Source: an uncultured Sediminibacterium sp. (GTDB lineage Bacteria > Bacteroidota > Bacteroidia > Chitinophagales > Chitinophagaceae). From it: a stretch of 64,000 bases of DNA. The notes under the pieces were generated by a model. It had not been told where the DNA came from. It did not search any database and saw nothing but the letters and a program-made list of their open reading frames with translations. The DNA is taken from NCBI GenBank assembly GCA_964611995.1, contig CAZTCS010000001.1, positions 61,767 to 125,766 on the forward strand, read 5' to 3'. Position 1 is the stretch's first letter, and each line of letters opens with the position of its first letter. Both the position numbers and the translations under genes were made by a program. Shown piece by piece: positions 1-8,677 of this stretch.

Positions 1-2237
1 TTTGGTGCATAAACATAAGTAGGATCGAAGCTAAGCGCATAAGGGTTTTCAGTAGTTGGAGTAATTTGCCCATTTGTATTGTATTGTACCTGTTTGTCAA
101 ATGGGTCATGTGTGCGTGCAATCAAAAAGGGGTTACCTCGGTTAGGTGTCCAATTCAATATATTTTTTATTCCACCGTATATTTCAATTTGTTGCATACC
201 AGTAAATACAAACTGGAGGTTCTGAATGCTCCATAGTGGAGAATTCGGTTTACGTGGGTCCAGTGGACCAAGCAGCGGCAACCGCATAGGGCCATAGAAA
301 TTTCCCGTATAATCAATAGAAAGATTCCAGGGTTTTATTTTATAAGATAAAGACCAGGTACCCGTAATTTTTTCTGTAAGGATTTGTTGTGTTTTAATTC
401 CATTTTCTACCAGTGATACATCCTGGATGGTGATACCAGCCATACCTTTAAAACCGTTTACCATATTGAAATCTGTATTTATGGTAATCCCTTTGCTAAC
501 AGCATAACCTTTTAAGTTATCGTAATTAATTTCATTGGGATTGGTTTCGTAATCCCCAATAATTCGATTGGAGAAATGTGTGTACCATGCTGAAATATCA
601 AATCCAATTATTGTAGCATTTCCGGTTAGCAACTTTTTAGTAAAGTTTAGGTTTACATTAAAAGAACGTTCCGGCTTTAGTTCATTTTTAATCACTACTT
701 TTCTTGCGCCAGTTAATGCTGCGTGATCTTCCGTAAATAAATTCACCACCCTGAAACCTGTACCTGCGTTTAATCTTAAGCTTTGGTCTTCATCAATCTT
801 CCATTTGTAGGCAATTCTCGGCGTGAAAATGTTTCCATGAATAGAATGTCGGTCATAGCGAAGTCCAAGTAGTAATTGCTGCTTGCCAAGTTTCAATTCA
901 TTCTGCAGAAAAATACCAGGTAACCAGGTTTGTTGTGGTGCATTTTTGGGATTTGTTGGATCCGTATTAAAAGTTGCAGTTGTATTATCATCGTAATAGG
1001 TATACCTTACTGCGATACCAGCTAATAAATCATGGCTGGCTATTTTCTTATCCCAGGTAAGTTGGTTAAATAAGATCTTTTGATCAGCTATATAAGAGAT
1101 GTTTCCATAGCGACTGTCTTGCTGATGTGAGTTATACGAAATTGAATAGAGTAATTTTTCCTTTGTAGGTAGCTGATATTGACCTGTAAGTTCCCATCGT
1201 TTGGTATAAATGCTTTCTCCATAAATACTATCACCACCCCTGAATAATTTGTTCCAACGCATATCTCCACCCCATCTGTCTTCATTATAATACCGTACTG
1301 CAAAACTCAATAAGCGATTTTGTTTCCTTGAAACGGACCATTTTTGAAAAACCGACAACCTTTTTTGAAGGGTAACATCTGTAAAGCCGTCCTTGTTATT
1401 ATCAATGGGCTGGTCGTAGAGATAGCCATTCAATCCGGTTAATACACGGATTTTATCCGATACTTTTAAAACAAATCCGAGGTCGGCGTTTTTTTCATTC
1501 CAACTGGTATGCATATAGTCTGCATAAAACCTGGCAGCGTGTGAAGTGTTCTTTGTGATGATATTTATTAGTCCACCTACTGCTTCACTTCCATATAAGG
1601 AGGAAGCTGGTCCTTTTACAATTTCAACTCTTTCAATCAAAGCATTTGGAATACCAGACAACCCGTAAACTGTAGATAAACTACTCACAATGGGCATTCC
1701 GTCAATTAACACCATTGTATAGGGGCCTTCCAGTCCATTAATATGAATATCTCCTGTGTTACAGATATTGCAGTTCAATTGAGGCCTTACGCCATTTACC
1801 TGTTGAAGTGCATCAAAAATATTTGGGGTTGGATTTTTCTTGAAAAAAACCGGCGTATACACTTCAACCGGAACAGGGCTTTCCATTTTTCTAACCTCTT
1901 TTAAAGTGCCAGTAACTACAACATCAGGAATCTCTGTTTCTTTTATAGTAAGTGGAATATCTATGATCATTGGCTCCATTGCTGAAACATGGATCTTTTT
2001 CCGAAATGGGTTATATCCCACTCTTTCTGCTACCAATGTATAATGACCTTGAAGGGGTATTTGCAAATTATAGAAGCCATTGCTATCGGTAATGGTTTGA
2101 ATAGCAGTATTGAGAAGTCTAATCGATACCGTTTCTAATCCGGAACCAGCATTGGTTACCCTACCAGAAATATTGGCCTGTTGAGCATTGAGGGAGATTG
2201 CAAATAAAAAGAAGGTAATTAAAAGCCAGGGTTTCAT
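1..2237 (-). CDS. TonB-dependent receptor (truncated by left window edge), probably metal uptake
   Basis: Not in the ORF track because it runs off the window. Manual translation from ATG 2237: signal peptide MKPWLLITFFLFAISLNAQ, carboxypeptidase-like N-domain, TonB-box-like VVVTGT, plug motifs NCNICNTGDIHINGLEGPYTMVLIDG and IERVEIVKGPASSLYGSEAVGGLINIITK. Confidence 0.9.
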   Translation of the reverse strand, partial: MKPWLLITFFLFAISLNAQQANISGRVTNAGSGLETVSIRLLNTAIQTITDSNGFYNLQIPLQGHYTLVAERVGYNPFRKKIHVSAMEPMIIDIPLTIKETEIPDVVVTGTLKEVRKMESPVPVEVYTPVFFKKNPTPNIFDALQQVNGVRPQLNCNICNTGDIHINGLEGPYTMVLIDGMPIVSSLSTVYGLSGIPNALIERVEIVKGPASSLYGSEAVGGLINIITKNTSHAARFYADYMHTSWNEKNADLGFVLKVSDKIRVLTGLNGYLYDQPIDNNKDGFTDVTLQKRLSVFQKWSVSRKQNRLLSFAVRYYNEDRWGGDMRWNKLFRGGDSIYGESIYTKRWELTGQYQLPTKEKLLYSISYNSHQQDSRYGNISYIADQKILFNQLTWDKKIASHDLLAGIAVRYTYYDDNTTATFNTDPTNPKNAPQQTWLPGIFLQNELKLGKQQLLLGLRYDRHSIHGNIFTPRIAYKWKIDEDQSLRLNAGTGFRVVNLFTEDHAALTGARKVVIKNELKPERSFNVNLNFTKKLLTGNATIIGFDISAWYTHFSNRIIGDYETNPNEINYDNLKGYAVSKGITINTDFNMVNGFKGMAGITIQDVSLVENGIKTQQILTEKITGTWSLSYKIKPWNLSIDYTGNFYGPMRLPLLGPLDPRKPNSPLWSIQNLQFVFTGMQQIEIYGGIKNILNWTPNRGNPFLIARTHDPFDKQVQYNTNGQITPTTENPYALSFDPTYVYAP

Positions 2238-2272
2238 ACAAAAGGTGTAGTTCGGGTAGTAAAATTATAAAA

Positions 2273-2288
2273 GTTAGGCAAACCTAAC
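2273..2288. promoter_or_regulatory. Putative DtxR/MntR operator GTTAGG-CAAA-CCTAAC
   Basis: Perfect 6-4-6 palindrome resembling the DtxR-family TTAGG...CCTAA box. Lies between the divergent TonB receptor and DtxR-family gene, inside the predicted -33/-7 spacer of the receptor promoter. Confidence 0.7.
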
Positions 2289-2322
2289 AAAAATAGTTTG
2301 CCTTTTCTTTTATCTTTGTAAA

Positions 2323-3012
2323 ATGTTATCTACTACGGAAGAAAATTACCTGAAGGCCTTATTGCAGCTCACGATGATGCAGGAGGAAAAAGCAGAAGCA
2401 GGAACCAATGAGTTGGCAACCCAGTTAGGGGTAAAGCCGGCAACGGCCAATGATATGCTGAAAAAGCTTCGGGAAAAGGGATTGATCAACTATGAAAAAT
2501 ATGGTAAATCCAGTTTAACCGAAACTGGTAGAAAAATAGCCATTGAGGTAGTACGCAAACATCGGCTTTGGGAAACATTTCTATATGAGCATCTTGGTTT
2601 TACCTGGGATGAAGTACATGAAGTAGCGGAGCAACTGGAGCATATACAAAGTTCAAAGCTCATTGACAGACTCGATCAGTTTCTGCATTATCCAGCATTC
2701 GATCCGCATGGGGATGTGATTCCTACTTCAGCAGGTGAAATGAAAATTCCGGCAAAGAAAACACTGAATGAGGAGGAAGTTGGTCACCAATGTAAAATGG
2801 TGGGTGTAAAAGATAATTCAGCAACCTTTCTTCAATACGTTGACCGCGTAGGATTACGGATGCACGATCATATAAAAGTATTATCGCGCCAACCTTATGA
2901 TGAATTGATTGAAATAGAAGTAAATGGCCGCAAATCCAGTGTGAGTCCACGTTTTGCAGAAAACATTGTAATTGTATGTCAGGATTGTGAAGCCAAAACA
3001 AGCGACCACTAA
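2323..3012 (+). CDS. mntR: DtxR/MntR family metal-dependent repressor with C-terminal FeoA-like domain
   Basis: TEENYLKA start, HTH, RKHRLWETFL, EAEQLEH-type (VAEQLEH) and DPHGDVIP motifs. Confidence 0.9.
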   Translation: MLSTTEENYLKALLQLTMMQEEKAEAGTNELATQLGVKPATANDMLKKLREKGLINYEKYGKSSLTETGRKIAIEVVRKHRLWETFLYEHLGFTWDEVHEVAEQLEHIQSSKLIDRLDQFLHYPAFDPHGDVIPTSAGEMKIPAKKTLNEEEVGHQCKMVGVKDNSATFLQYVDRVGLRMHDHIKVLSRQPYDELIEIEVNGRKSSVSPRFAENIVIVCQDCEAKTSDH

Positions 3013-3401
3013 TGGTTGCAATCGTCGCTATGTGCATGGTTATGCGAACGACACATACGGTAATTCAGGTAATGAGATGCGACAATAAAAATAACAGCAG
3101 GAATCAATAACCAAAGTTGCCAGTGATGCCAGATTACTTTGCTTAGTAATAAAACAATTCCGATACTGAATAAAATCATTGGCAACCAGCTATGGTGATG
3201 CTTCTTTCGGCCATGAAAAAGGGAGAAAGTACCCACTGCAAATGCAAGGGCAATCATACCGTATTCAAACCACTTGTTATCAATAATATTATAGCCAAAT
3301 AAGGGCATACTGCTTAAGAAAAGTGGTAAAATGGCACAATGTATAGCACAAGCAAGTGAAGTGGCAATACCGAAGGCGTCCCAATTGATCTTAAAATTCA
3401 T
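3009..3401 (-). CDS. MerC domain membrane protein with His-rich loops and tail
   Basis: SLACAIHC motif, 4 TM helices, KKHHH and CRSHNHAHSDDCNH. Start set at ATG 3401, just downstream of TATATTTG. Confidence 0.85.
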   Translation of the reverse strand: MNFKINWDAFGIATSLACAIHCAILPLFLSSMPLFGYNIIDNKWFEYGMIALAFAVGTFSLFHGRKKHHHSWLPMILFSIGIVLLLSKVIWHHWQLWLLIPAVIFIVASHYLNYRMCRSHNHAHSDDCNH

Positions 3402-3422
3402 TCGGCTGCAAATATATAACAA

Positions 3423-3437
3423 TGCAACAGTGTTGCA
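3423..3437. promoter_or_regulatory. Palindrome TGCAAC-AGT-GTTGCA, putative Fur/Zur-family operator
   Basis: Perfect 6-3-6 palindrome between the -7 (3409-3416) and -33 (3436-3439) elements of the merC promoter. A Fur-family gene lies in the divergent operon. Confidence 0.6.
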
Positions 3438-3510
3438 AAATTATTTTCAATCAATTTTTCATTGGGGGTAATGAACTGAATGGGGTGTAACTTTGTGTTT
3501 TAATAGAGCT

Positions 3511-4167
3511 ATGCGTAAGAAATATATTGGTTACCTCCTGTTTTTTGTAGTACTCGTTGCTGCTTTTTATTATTTCCTCTTTCGTGGAACAGACAATTGG
3601 AAAGTAAAGTTGGCGCAACTGGGCTATGTAAAGCCATTTATGTTTAAAAACCAGGATGGTGTTCCTGTAACAGAAAAAGATCTTTTGGGTAAGGTAACGG
3701 TAGTGGAATACTTCTTTACTACCTGTAAAGGTATTTGTCCGAGAATGCATGCAGGAATGAAAACGGTTTATGAAGCATATAAAGCTGAACCCGACTTTAT
3801 GATACTCGCTCATACTTGTGATCCGGAAATTGATTCGGTTGCCAGATTAAAAGTTTATGCAGATTCAATGCAGATAGATACAAAGAAATGGGTACTGGTA
3901 ACGGGTAGAAAAGACAGCTTATACCAAATGGCAAGGAATTCATATTTACTGGATGATCCTAAAAATAATGTTGAAAAAATCGAAGATCAATTTATTCATA
4001 CACAGTTTTTCGCGCTTATAGATAAAGCCGGAAAGGTACGTGGTCAGATTTACGATGGCTTGAAATCTGAGGAACTTGAAAAACTTAAAAAAGATATTGG
4101 GTTATTATTAAAGGAAAAAAGCTCGGGCAATTTTGTGAACGGCGTTTTTACCAATAACCCACAATAG
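3511..4167 (+). CDS. SCO1/SenC family copper chaperone
   Basis: N-terminal TM, FFTTCKGICP (CxxxC), DPEIDS, FIHTQFF His. Start ATG 3511 after TAACTTTG at 3488. Confidence 0.9.
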   Translation: MRKKYIGYLLFFVVLVAAFYYFLFRGTDNWKVKLAQLGYVKPFMFKNQDGVPVTEKDLLGKVTVVEYFFTTCKGICPRMHAGMKTVYEAYKAEPDFMILAHTCDPEIDSVARLKVYADSMQIDTKKWVLVTGRKDSLYQMARNSYLLDDPKNNVEKIEDQFIHTQFFALIDKAGKVRGQIYDGLKSEELEKLKKDIGLLLKEKSSGNFVNGVFTNNPQ

Positions 4168-4178
4168 GGAGGCACTTT

Positions 4179-4595
4179 ATGCAGGAAAGAATTGTTGATT
4201 TATTGAAAAGAAATCACCTGAGTATAACTGAAAGCAGGAAAAAAATTCTTGGTCATTTCTTAGACGCTAATGGCGCCCTTGCACATGCAGATATTGAACA
4301 TAAAAGTGGTACTGAGTTCGATCGGGTAACTATTTATAGAACCCTTCAAACATTTGTAGAGAAAGGAATCATACATACAATACCTACCACCGACAATTCG
4401 GTGCGATATGCCCTTTGTAAGGATGAATGTTCTGCAGGTCACCATCACGACGACCATGTTCATTTTTTATGTGATGCATGCGGAACAACTTATTGCCTTG
4501 ATCATGTTACTGTGCCAAAAGTTACTTTGCCAGAAGGTTTTGTAGCTACACAAAACGATTTGGTAGTAAGCGGCCTCTGCAATAAATGCTCCTGA
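4179..4595 (+). CDS. Fur family transcriptional regulator (Zur-like)
   Basis: DRVTIYRTL, HHHDDHVHFLCDACG, C-terminal CNKC. Confidence 0.9.
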   Translation: MQERIVDLLKRNHLSITESRKKILGHFLDANGALAHADIEHKSGTEFDRVTIYRTLQTFVEKGIIHTIPTTDNSVRYALCKDECSAGHHHDDHVHFLCDACGTTYCLDHVTVPKVTLPEGFVATQNDLVVSGLCNKCS

Positions 4596-4646
4596 GTAAG
4601 AAAAGCTTTTCCGTTACATTCCTATAACTTCGTTCAAACTTCATTC

Positions 4647-5624
4647 ATGATCCTTGTTACCGGCGCTACAGGTTTGGTGGGTTCCCATTTGCTTAGTCGA
4701 CTGGTTCAGGGCGGACAAAAAGTACGTGCCATTTATCGGTCCGTGATACCCGACTTAAGTATTAGTAATGAGGTGGAGTGGGTAAAAGCAGATATCCTGG
4801 ATATTCTATCAATGGAAGAAGCCATGGAAGGCATTCAACAGGTATATCATTGTGCTGCAGTTGTATCTTTTAATCCTACACAGAAAAAACAATTACACCA
4901 GGTAAATATTGAGGGAACGGCCAATGTGGTGAATGCTGCATTGGAAAAAGGCATTGAGAAAATGGTCTTCATGAGTTCAGTGGCTGCATTGGGTAGAATC
5001 AGGGAAGATATTCCTATAGATGAGAGCATGAACTGGACACCCGAAACCAGCAACAGCGAATACGGTAAAAGTAAATACCTCGCTGAGATGGAAGTATGGC
5101 GTGGTATCGGAGAAGGATTGAATGCAGTAATAGTAAACCCCGTTATCATTCTCGGTGCAGGTGATTGGAATAATGGTTCTACTGCCATTTTTAAATCGGC
5201 TTACAATGAGTTTCCATGGTATACTGAAGGTATCAGTGGTTTTGTGGATGTTGCAGATGTTGTGAATGCCATGATTGCCTTAATGGAAAGTAATATTCAC
5301 AGCCAGCGATTTATACTCAGTGGAGAAAACATATCCTATCGCACTGTGTTCAATGAAATTGCAAATGGATTTGGAAAGAAACTTCCCTCCCGAAAAGTCA
5401 CGCCTTTTTTGGCTGCATTGGTATGGCGCATGGAAGCATTAAAAGCATGGTTTACTAAAAAATCGCCCCTGCTTACCAAAGAAACAGCAAGGACAGCTCA
5501 GGCAAAAGTGCATTTCAACAATACCAAAATAATCAAGGCCTTGCCGGCATTTTCCTATACGCCTATAAATGTTGCTGTTAAGAGAATTTGTAAGGAACTA
5601 AAGGTAAAATACCAGTTGCCATAA
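4647..5624 (+). CDS. NAD-dependent epimerase/dehydratase (extended SDR)
   Basis: ILVTGATGLVG, HCAA, YGKSK motifs. Confidence 0.9.
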   Translation: MILVTGATGLVGSHLLSRLVQGGQKVRAIYRSVIPDLSISNEVEWVKADILDILSMEEAMEGIQQVYHCAAVVSFNPTQKKQLHQVNIEGTANVVNAALEKGIEKMVFMSSVAALGRIREDIPIDESMNWTPETSNSEYGKSKYLAEMEVWRGIGEGLNAVIVNPVIILGAGDWNNGSTAIFKSAYNEFPWYTEGISGFVDVADVVNAMIALMESNIHSQRFILSGENISYRTVFNEIANGFGKKLPSRKVTPFLAALVWRMEALKAWFTKKSPLLTKETARTAQAKVHFNNTKIIKALPAFSYTPINVAVKRICKELKVKYQLP

Positions 5625-5662
5625 CCGGAATGAAGCAGATATAATGTATCTTGTATTGCTTC

Positions 5663-5998
5663 ATGAAGTACCTGGTTACACTAATATTATCCATTTCACT
5701 TTACGCACCACAGGTTGCAAAGTTCCTGGCCTATGCAGAATGTTCTGCACTCGCCATAACCAATGCTGATAAATATTGGTGCGATTGTATGCTTACTGCA
5801 GATAATAATCCCGATGAGATTCCTGCTACAGAAAAACAAAAAGATATACAACTAAAGACTGACTGGAAGTTCAGGATTGATAATCATTTCTGCATGGCTA
5901 TGACCATGTTTGATAAATCATCCATTAACAACTGTTTTGTTATAGCAACACTTCCTTCCCCTATACCAAAAGCTGTATTTCACCCGCCACTTGCTTAA
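5663..5998 (+). CDS. Small exported-type protein ending FHPP, possible regulatory leader ORF
   Basis: Hydrophobic N-terminus, CDC motif, C-terminal KAVFHPPLA, followed by a hairpin and a co-oriented gene. Confidence 0.65.
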   Translation: MKYLVTLILSISLYAPQVAKFLAYAECSALAITNADKYWCDCMLTADNNPDEIPATEKQKDIQLKTDWKFRIDNHFCMAMTMFDKSSINNCFVIATLPSPIPKAVFHPPLA

Positions 5999-6021
5999 GT
6001 AAATAATTCATTCTTTCAATG

Positions 6022-6055
6022 AGGCCCTGTTAACGATAGGGTCTGTTATTTATTT
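6022..6055 (+). terminator. Terminator/attenuator-like hairpin
   Basis: AGGCCCTGTT-AAC-GATAGGGTCT stem with G-U pairs, followed by GTTATTTATTT. Confidence 0.5.
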
Positions 6056-6076
6056 AATACACTTAATCCATCTATC

Positions 6077-6646
6077 ATGAAATCATTGATATGGGTTGTG
6101 GCCGTAATATGTTTGGCTGCAACCACCACGCATGCCTATACCCAGGTGCAACCAGTTTATGCCAATATTGAAGTAAAAAACACCAATGGCGATCCAATGT
6201 TATTAGGATGTTGCGAAGTTTCCCTGCTCAAACAAAATGTCTATAAACAATGGTTTGAACCTGCATTCAGTAATTACCAACCCGACACAGCATTTACCAG
6301 ACAGATTCAACCATTATTGGCGGATAAAACGATTGAAATATTTTTAGGTACCTGGTGTGGCGACAGCAGAAGAGAAGTGCCGCGCATGTTGAAAATACTT
6401 GAATCAGCAGGGATGAGTACGGAAAAAGTTAAACTAATTTTCGTGAGCAATGCCCCTGATATGTATAAGCAAAGTCCCCAACATGAAGAACAGGGTAAAA
6501 ACATTAAACGTGTGCCTACCCTAATTATTTATAGCCAGCAACAAGAAATTGGCAGAATTATCGAATACCCGGTAGAATCACTGGAAAGAGACTTATTGCG
6601 AATACTCAGGCAGGAAAAATATGTGCCTAATTATAGCGGAATGTAA
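6077..6646 (+). CDS. Secreted thioredoxin-family protein (CxxS)
   Basis: Signal peptide, IFLGTWCGDS, RVPT cis-Pro loop, EIGRIIE. Confidence 0.85.
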   Translation: MKSLIWVVAVICLAATTTHAYTQVQPVYANIEVKNTNGDPMLLGCCEVSLLKQNVYKQWFEPAFSNYQPDTAFTRQIQPLLADKTIEIFLGTWCGDSRREVPRMLKILESAGMSTEKVKLIFVSNAPDMYKQSPQHEEQGKNIKRVPTLIIYSQQQEIGRIIEYPVESLERDLLRILRQEKYVPNYSGM

Positions 6647-6649
6647 GGC

Positions 6650-6718
6650 GTGAATTGTCAATGGTCAATTGTGAATAGGGAGAAAATGGTATTGACTATT
6701 CACAATTGACCATTCACC
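6650..6718. repeat. Inverted repeat built from heptamers (GTSAATN x4 / ATTSACN x4)
   Basis: GTGAATT GTCAATG GTCAATT GTGAATA, spacer, ATTGACT ATTCACA ATTGACC ATTCACC, between convergent genes. Confidence 0.85.
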
Positions 6719-6719
6719 C

Positions 6720-7670
6720 TCATTTCCCTTCCATTACTTTCTTCCATAATTCAGGTATCCTTTTGATCCATACCAGTTCCCTTCTTTTGATGGATGCATC
6801 TTCTGCGGGGTAACCAAAATAGGTTTTACCACCTTCAAGTGAAGAAGGTACCCCACTTTGTGCCAGTACAACAGCATTGGCCCCAATGGTTAAGGTTTTA
6901 CTTACGCCTACCTGTCCCCATAAGGTTACACCATCTTCAATAACTGTACCTCCGGCAATACCTACCTGGGCGGCGAATAAACAATTTTTTCCAACCGTGG
7001 TATCATGGCCTATATGTACCATATTATCCATACAAGTTCCTTTTCCGATTCTTGTTTCAGCAGTTACGCCTCTGTCGATAGTACAACCAGCGCCTATTTC
7101 AACATGATCTTCTATTACAACATTCCCACAACTCAGCATTTTTTTAAACCAGACTTCACGGTTCTTTTTGGTATTATAATAAAATGCATCGCTACCGATC
7201 ACGGTACCAGATTGAATAACTACATAGTCGCCAATAACAGTATGATCAAGAATAGTAACATTTGGATGAATGATACAATGCTTTCCGATAACAACCTGAT
7301 CACCAATAAAACAATTTGGCATAACAATGCTGTTTTCTCCGATAACTGCAGTGTCGCTTATACTTGTAACTGCGGGAACAAAAGGACGAAAATGTTTGAC
7401 AATTTTTAAATAGGCTTCGAATGGTTCCTCGCAGATTAAAATTGTTTTTCCTTCAGGAACGGTAACTTCTTTTGTGTTAATGATGATAAAATCAGCAGCA
7501 CTATTCAGACATGTTTCATAATACTTTGGATGATCTACAAAAACCAAATCTCCATTTTCAACCTTGTGAATTTCATTGATACCAGTGATCAATGCATGAG
7601 GATTTCCTTTCACCTGTGCATTGATTAAGGAGGCTATCCAGCTTACGGTAACGGGTGCGGGGAACTTCAT
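6720..7670 (-). CDS. lpxD: UDP-3-O-acylglucosamine N-acyltransferase (LpxD-like)
   Basis: LpxD N-domain plus hexapeptide repeats, IDRG, DNMVHIGH. Start ATG 7670. Confidence 0.85.
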   Translation of the reverse strand: MKFPAPVTVSWIASLINAQVKGNPHALITGINEIHKVENGDLVFVDHPKYYETCLNSAADFIIINTKEVTVPEGKTILICEEPFEAYLKIVKHFRPFVPAVTSISDTAVIGENSIVMPNCFIGDQVVIGKHCIIHPNVTILDHTVIGDYVVIQSGTVIGSDAFYYNTKKNREVWFKKMLSCGNVVIEDHVEIGAGCTIDRGVTAETRIGKGTCMDNMVHIGHDTTVGKNCLFAAQVGIAGGTVIEDGVTLWGQVGVSKTLTIGANAVVLAQSGVPSSLEGGKTYFGYPAEDASIKRRELVWIKRIPELWKKVMEGK

Positions 7671-8016
7671 AAGGCCTTTTTTTGTTAAAATCAAAGGTAA
7701 TGCGTGGCGGCGATGAGAAATTATTTTACCTGCTTTTTAGTGTAAAAACGGGTACTTTTTTTTCAAAAAAATGACATAGCAGTATAAATAGTTTTATAAT
7801 ATGCTTATTGTTATATAACCCTGAAATGCTTATGAATAAAGGGTTGCATGAGACTGTTATTATACTTTCAAGCATCATTCTGTTTAAGAAATGTCGCGTA
7901 ATGGAGATGATTTAAACGTTTTAAAAGACTGGTCTATTCACAGCACTGTCTAAAATGTGAATAAAATTGTTCAAAAATTTTTTTGCTTTCGATGAAACTC
8001 TTTTTAATATTGTGTA

Positions 8017-8089
8017 GGGAAATTTATTTCCCAGTACTTACTAACCCATCCATATACAAAGTCTCGCTTTAGCGGGACTTTTGTTTTTT
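8017..8089 (+). ncRNA. Candidate ~70 nt small RNA
   Basis: TTTG(7982)-19 nt-TAATATTG(8005) promoter, 5' hairpin GGGAAA/TTTCCC, A/C-rich linker, terminator AAAGTCTCGC-TTTA-GCGGGACTTT plus U tract, no ORF. Confidence 0.55.
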
Positions 8090-8677
8090 ATGTATCACTA
8101 CTTCATTATCTACAAACCATATCTGGTACAATCACAGTTTTCTCCAGTGGAAGGAAAACAAACCCTTGCGGATTTTTTTGATGTTCCTAAAGATGTTTAT
8201 CCGGTTGGAAGACTTGATTACGACAGTGAAGGTTTATTGATCTTAACCAACGACAAACAATTAAATCATCGGTTATTAAATCCAATGTTTAAGCATGAAC
8301 GCGAATATTGGGTTCAGGTAGATGGTGATATTAATGATGAAGCAATTGATCAGTTGGCAAAAGGTGTTATTATAAATGTTGATGGCAAGCAATATAAAAC
8401 TGCAAGTGCCAGGGTTTATAAGTTTATTAATGAACCCATCGTTCCGGTCCGTAATCCTCCTATTCGATTTAGGAAATCAATTCCTGCTCCGTGGATCAGT
8501 CTTAGTTTAACAGAAGGTAAAAACAGACAGGTAAGAAAAATGACCGCAAGTGTAGGGTTCCCAACTTTACGTCTCTTACGGTATCGGATTGAAAAATTAA
8601 CCGTGGATGGATTACAACCGGGAGATTTAGTAAGTTTATCAAAAAGAGATTTATATAAACAGTTGTTCAATGAATAA
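8090..8677 (+). CDS. rluE: rRNA pseudouridine synthase (RluE/RsuA family)
   Basis: YPVGRLDYDSEGLLILTND, EGKNRQVRKM. Confidence 0.85.
   Translation: MYHYFIIYKPYLVQSQFSPVEGKQTLADFFDVPKDVYPVGRLDYDSEGLLILTNDKQLNHRLLNPMFKHEREYWVQVDGDINDEAIDQLAKGVIINVDGKQYKTASARVYKFINEPIVPVRNPPIRFRKSIPAPWISLSLTEGKNRQVRKMTASVGFPTLRLLRYRIEKLTVDGLQPGDLVSLSKRDLYKQLFNE

Noticed and set aside
1088-2043. ORFs 1088-1303 (-) and 1840-2043 (+)
   Set aside because: Alternative-frame or antisense shadows inside the TonB-dependent receptor CDS
7700-8010. Possible oriC in the AT-rich lpxD-rluE spacer
   Set aside because: Only one perfect and two imperfect DnaA boxes, no dnaA/gidA-type context, and skew cannot be assessed here
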